Below are positions 61,624 to 64,000 of a stretch of DNA of 64,000 nt, one piece after another. Both the position numbers and the translations under genes were made by a program. The notes beneath the pieces were generated by a model. It searched no databases and was not told the DNA's origin. It saw only the letters and a list, made by a program, of their open reading frames with translations. The stretch's first letter is position 1. Each line of letters opens with the position of its first letter. The DNA comes from an uncultured delta proteobacterium (GTDB lineage: Bacteria; Desulfobacterota; Binatia; UBA9968): NCBI GenBank assembly GCA_963771465.1, contig CAVYTU010000018.1, forward strand, positions 130,490 to 194,489. Direction: 5' to 3'.

Positions 61624-62067
61624 ATGGAAAATCTAAACGAACCAGATCGAGTTAGGGCTAACACATCGGATGGGATAAACCGGCTAATTGATCACGGCAT
61701 CTCGGACCGCATCGCGTATTACAGCGGAAAGAGCAAAGTTGAAATAGGCCACCGTATCCACGAACTAGAACACGAATGGGATATGGAACGCCTGCTTGAA
61801 ACTAACGCTTCAGCGCTAGCGTTCGTTGGTCTTCTTCTTGGTGCTACGAAAAATAAAAAATGGCTTCTGCTGCCATCTATCGTCTTACCGTTTCTGTTCC
61901 AACATGCGGTACAAGGCTGGTGCCCCCCGGTCCCGATATTTCGTCGCTTGGGAGTTCGTACTCGCGAAGAAATAGACCGGGAAAAATACGCATTGAAAGC
62001 GCTCCGTGGTGACTTTGAGGATGTCGGTTCGAGTCCACAAAATGCCGATCAGGCAGTGAAAGCATAG
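61624..62067 (+). CDS. DUF2892/YgaP-like membrane protein
   Basis: EWDMERLLETNA, two TM segments, HAVQGWCPP, GVRTREEI. Confidence 0.75.
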   Translation: MENLNEPDRVRANTSDGINRLIDHGISDRIAYYSGKSKVEIGHRIHELEHEWDMERLLETNASALAFVGLLLGATKNKKWLLLPSIVLPFLFQHAVQGWCPPVPIFRRLGVRTREEIDREKYALKALRGDFEDVGSSPQNADQAVKA

Positions 62068-62555
62068 AATCAGGTCTTGGCGGCACCATCGGTTTATGCT
62101 TTAGCCACGACACCGTCGAACCGCCGCTCCACGTCGATTTTCTCAGTCCCATGTCATGCACTTGTATCCGCGCATTCGCTGCTGATCGCTCCCGCGGCCA
62201 GTGCCCGCTCGTAAAAGTTGGGGGAATCAACGCGGCAGCCGGAGTAGGAGGAGAGAAAGATGCCGACGCTCACTAGTTTCGCTTCTGGGTAGCTCCCTTT
62301 GCTGAGTTGGAGATCAAATTTATTGAGCCTGTGCCCGCGACTTGGAATTGACCGCTCGCCGGGACTCACACAACAGTCCGACAGCTTTTTCCAATGATCG
62401 TTTTGATGAACGTCGTCGTTTCGAGGATGAAACTGTAGGTAGCTGTTCGTCCACCGCGCCGCTGGAGGTTATCCCCTATCCCAACTTCGGGACGGCGGAG
62501 CAAAATCGGAACCGCCGAACGCTAAATTCTGTCGATAAATCAGCTTGGCAAGATA

Positions 62556-62571
62556 TGGCATATCTATTGCT
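62556..62571 (+). promoter_or_regulatory. Sigma54 promoter candidate
   Basis: TGGCATATCTATTGCT (GG-N10-GC) upstream of 62689. Confidence 0.65.
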
Positions 62572-62688
62572 TTTGACGTAAACGTGGCCACTTCAATCGA
62601 GAGGAGCAATACCCATGTAAGAACTTGCGTTCGGGCCTGAGAGTATTAGACGAAGCAGAACGGTAAAATGAACTGAGAGGAGTTTAAT

Positions 62689-63455
62689 ATGAAAAGCCGC
62701 ACAGTGTTTTTGAGTCTGATTATATCTGGAATGACAATGACAATACCGGTCACGGCGACAATCGCCGCGGACTCGGCTCAACGTGTGGATCGCCCCAATC
62801 GTTATAGCGACAGGGATCGAATGAGAACTGGGAAAGATTCCGAAGATAAATTGGAACAAGCGCTCAAGACCGGCGAGACCAAGGATTTTTATCGTAAGGA
62901 GCTGGGTAAGCTGGGCTGGCAAATCACTTCGGTGAACTACGACAAGCCGGACTACGTCGAATACGAAATCGTCAAAGGGGACGACTCGTATGAAGTTCAG
63001 ATCGACTTCGATAAAAACAGCAACAAAGCGACCAAAGTTGACGTCACTACGAATGCCTGGCAAACCGACGCGACCGACCGAGCGTTGAAAGACAAAAGAA
63101 AGTAGCTTACCCTAAAAGCACGACGCCCAATCCAGAAAGGTACAGCGATCGCGACCGGATGAAAGTGGCAAAAGATTCCGAAGATAAATTGGAACAAGCG
63201 CTCAAGACCGGCGAGACCAAGGATTTTTATCGTCGCGAACTAGAAAAAATGGGTTGGAAAATAACGTCGGTAAACTACGATAAGACGGATTATGTCGAGT
63301 ATGAGATCGTCAAAGGGGATCAGTCCTATGAGGTCCAAATTGACGTCGATAAGAATAGTCACAAGGCCACTAAGATAGACGTGGCTACGAATGCGTGGAA
63401 AACCAATGCCACCAAACAAGCGCTGAAAGGGACCGACAGGCAGGCACTGCGATAG
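62689..63455 (+). CDS. Secreted protein with two tandem PepSY-like repeats (split by a frameshift near 63097)
   Basis: ORFs 62689-63105 and 63159-63455 are near-identical repeats. The linker reads KVAYPKSTTPNPERYSDRDR in the second frame, so one added A fuses them. Confidence 0.78.
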
Positions 63456-63530
63456 CTTGGGGTGACATTTACAGGATGAAATTGTGGGCTGACCCAGGTC
63501 TTTATGCTGAAAAGTAATTGGGTGCGTGCT

Positions 63531-63561
63531 GACACCCCCGGTTTCCAACACTGGGGGTGTC
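63531..63561. other. Hairpin
   Basis: GACACCCCCGGT...ACTGGGGGTGTC. Confidence 0.5.
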
Positions 63562-63579
63562 GTGATTGACATCGTTCTG

Positions 63580-64000
63580 ATGAAAAGCAAATTTTCTGTC
63601 AGGCGAAAACCCAGTCGCATAACTCATGCTAAGTCGTTGAGGGTGATTGGTCAGATGCTTGAGACCGCCGGGATTACGATTTTCAAGATAAAAAACGAAC
63701 GTCGTGGATATTACGCAGTCAAGAGCAATTTGTTGACGAAGGTAGCTGAACCGATTTCGCAAACTATTGTTGGGAGCGAATTTAGTGATTCTGGAGTGCC
63801 AATCCACGCAGGGTGCTTCACTCCGTTTGATATCTCGCGACTCGATACCAGGGTGAAAAGGAGAGGTGGAATTACGTCGTCGGGGACTTGGACTCAACGA
63901 ACACATTATCTCAGCTTTTACGCACTTTGGGCGATTGTCTCGATAGGATAGGCACCACCGCTTTCCAGCTTTCCTGGAATACTGATTCCATTACCGTAGA
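63580..64000 (+). CDS. Hypothetical protein, probably frameshifted, runs off right edge
   Basis: SLRVIGQMLE...FTPFDISRLD, then TLSQLLRTLGDCLDR in another frame, an internally repeated LR.+G..L+ motif. Confidence 0.5.

Noticed and set aside
62820-63240. Direct repeats as a CRISPR array or att sites
   Set aside because: They are in-frame coding repeats of a duplicated protein domain, with only two copies and no cas genes.

Overview
Bacterial chromosomal window. It is mostly high-GC and becomes lower-GC and more fragmented from about 54 kb onward. The gene content is dominated by expanded solute-binding proteins (NMT1/SsuA-like, Bug/TctC, SBP_bac), four amidohydrolase-2 paralogs, SDRs, cupins, MFS transporters, a TctABC set and an RND efflux operon. 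That content resembles Candidatus Binatia (Binatota) soil/sediment genomes, which is an inference rather than a database result. No rRNA, complete tRNA, CRISPR array, integrase or transposase was seen. The strongest hidden signal is a single 538-codon selenoprotein gene (44182-45798) that the ORF track splits in two. It has an in-frame TGA in a D-U-G-S-C motif, a SECIS-like hairpin just downstream and a large fused C-terminal domain, and it sits between an amidohydrolase and a translationally coupled solute-binding protein. Other signals the ORF track misses: a DUF4242/class III cyclase fusion at the left edge, a ~180-nt rod-like structured RNA candidate (36242-36423), a tRNA/tmRNA-like element (60090-60280), 7/9-nt periodic palindromic intergenic repeats, four sigma54-type promoters and several gene remnants. 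At least seven genes carry single-base frameshifts, which may be long-read assembly errors rather than true pseudogenes.
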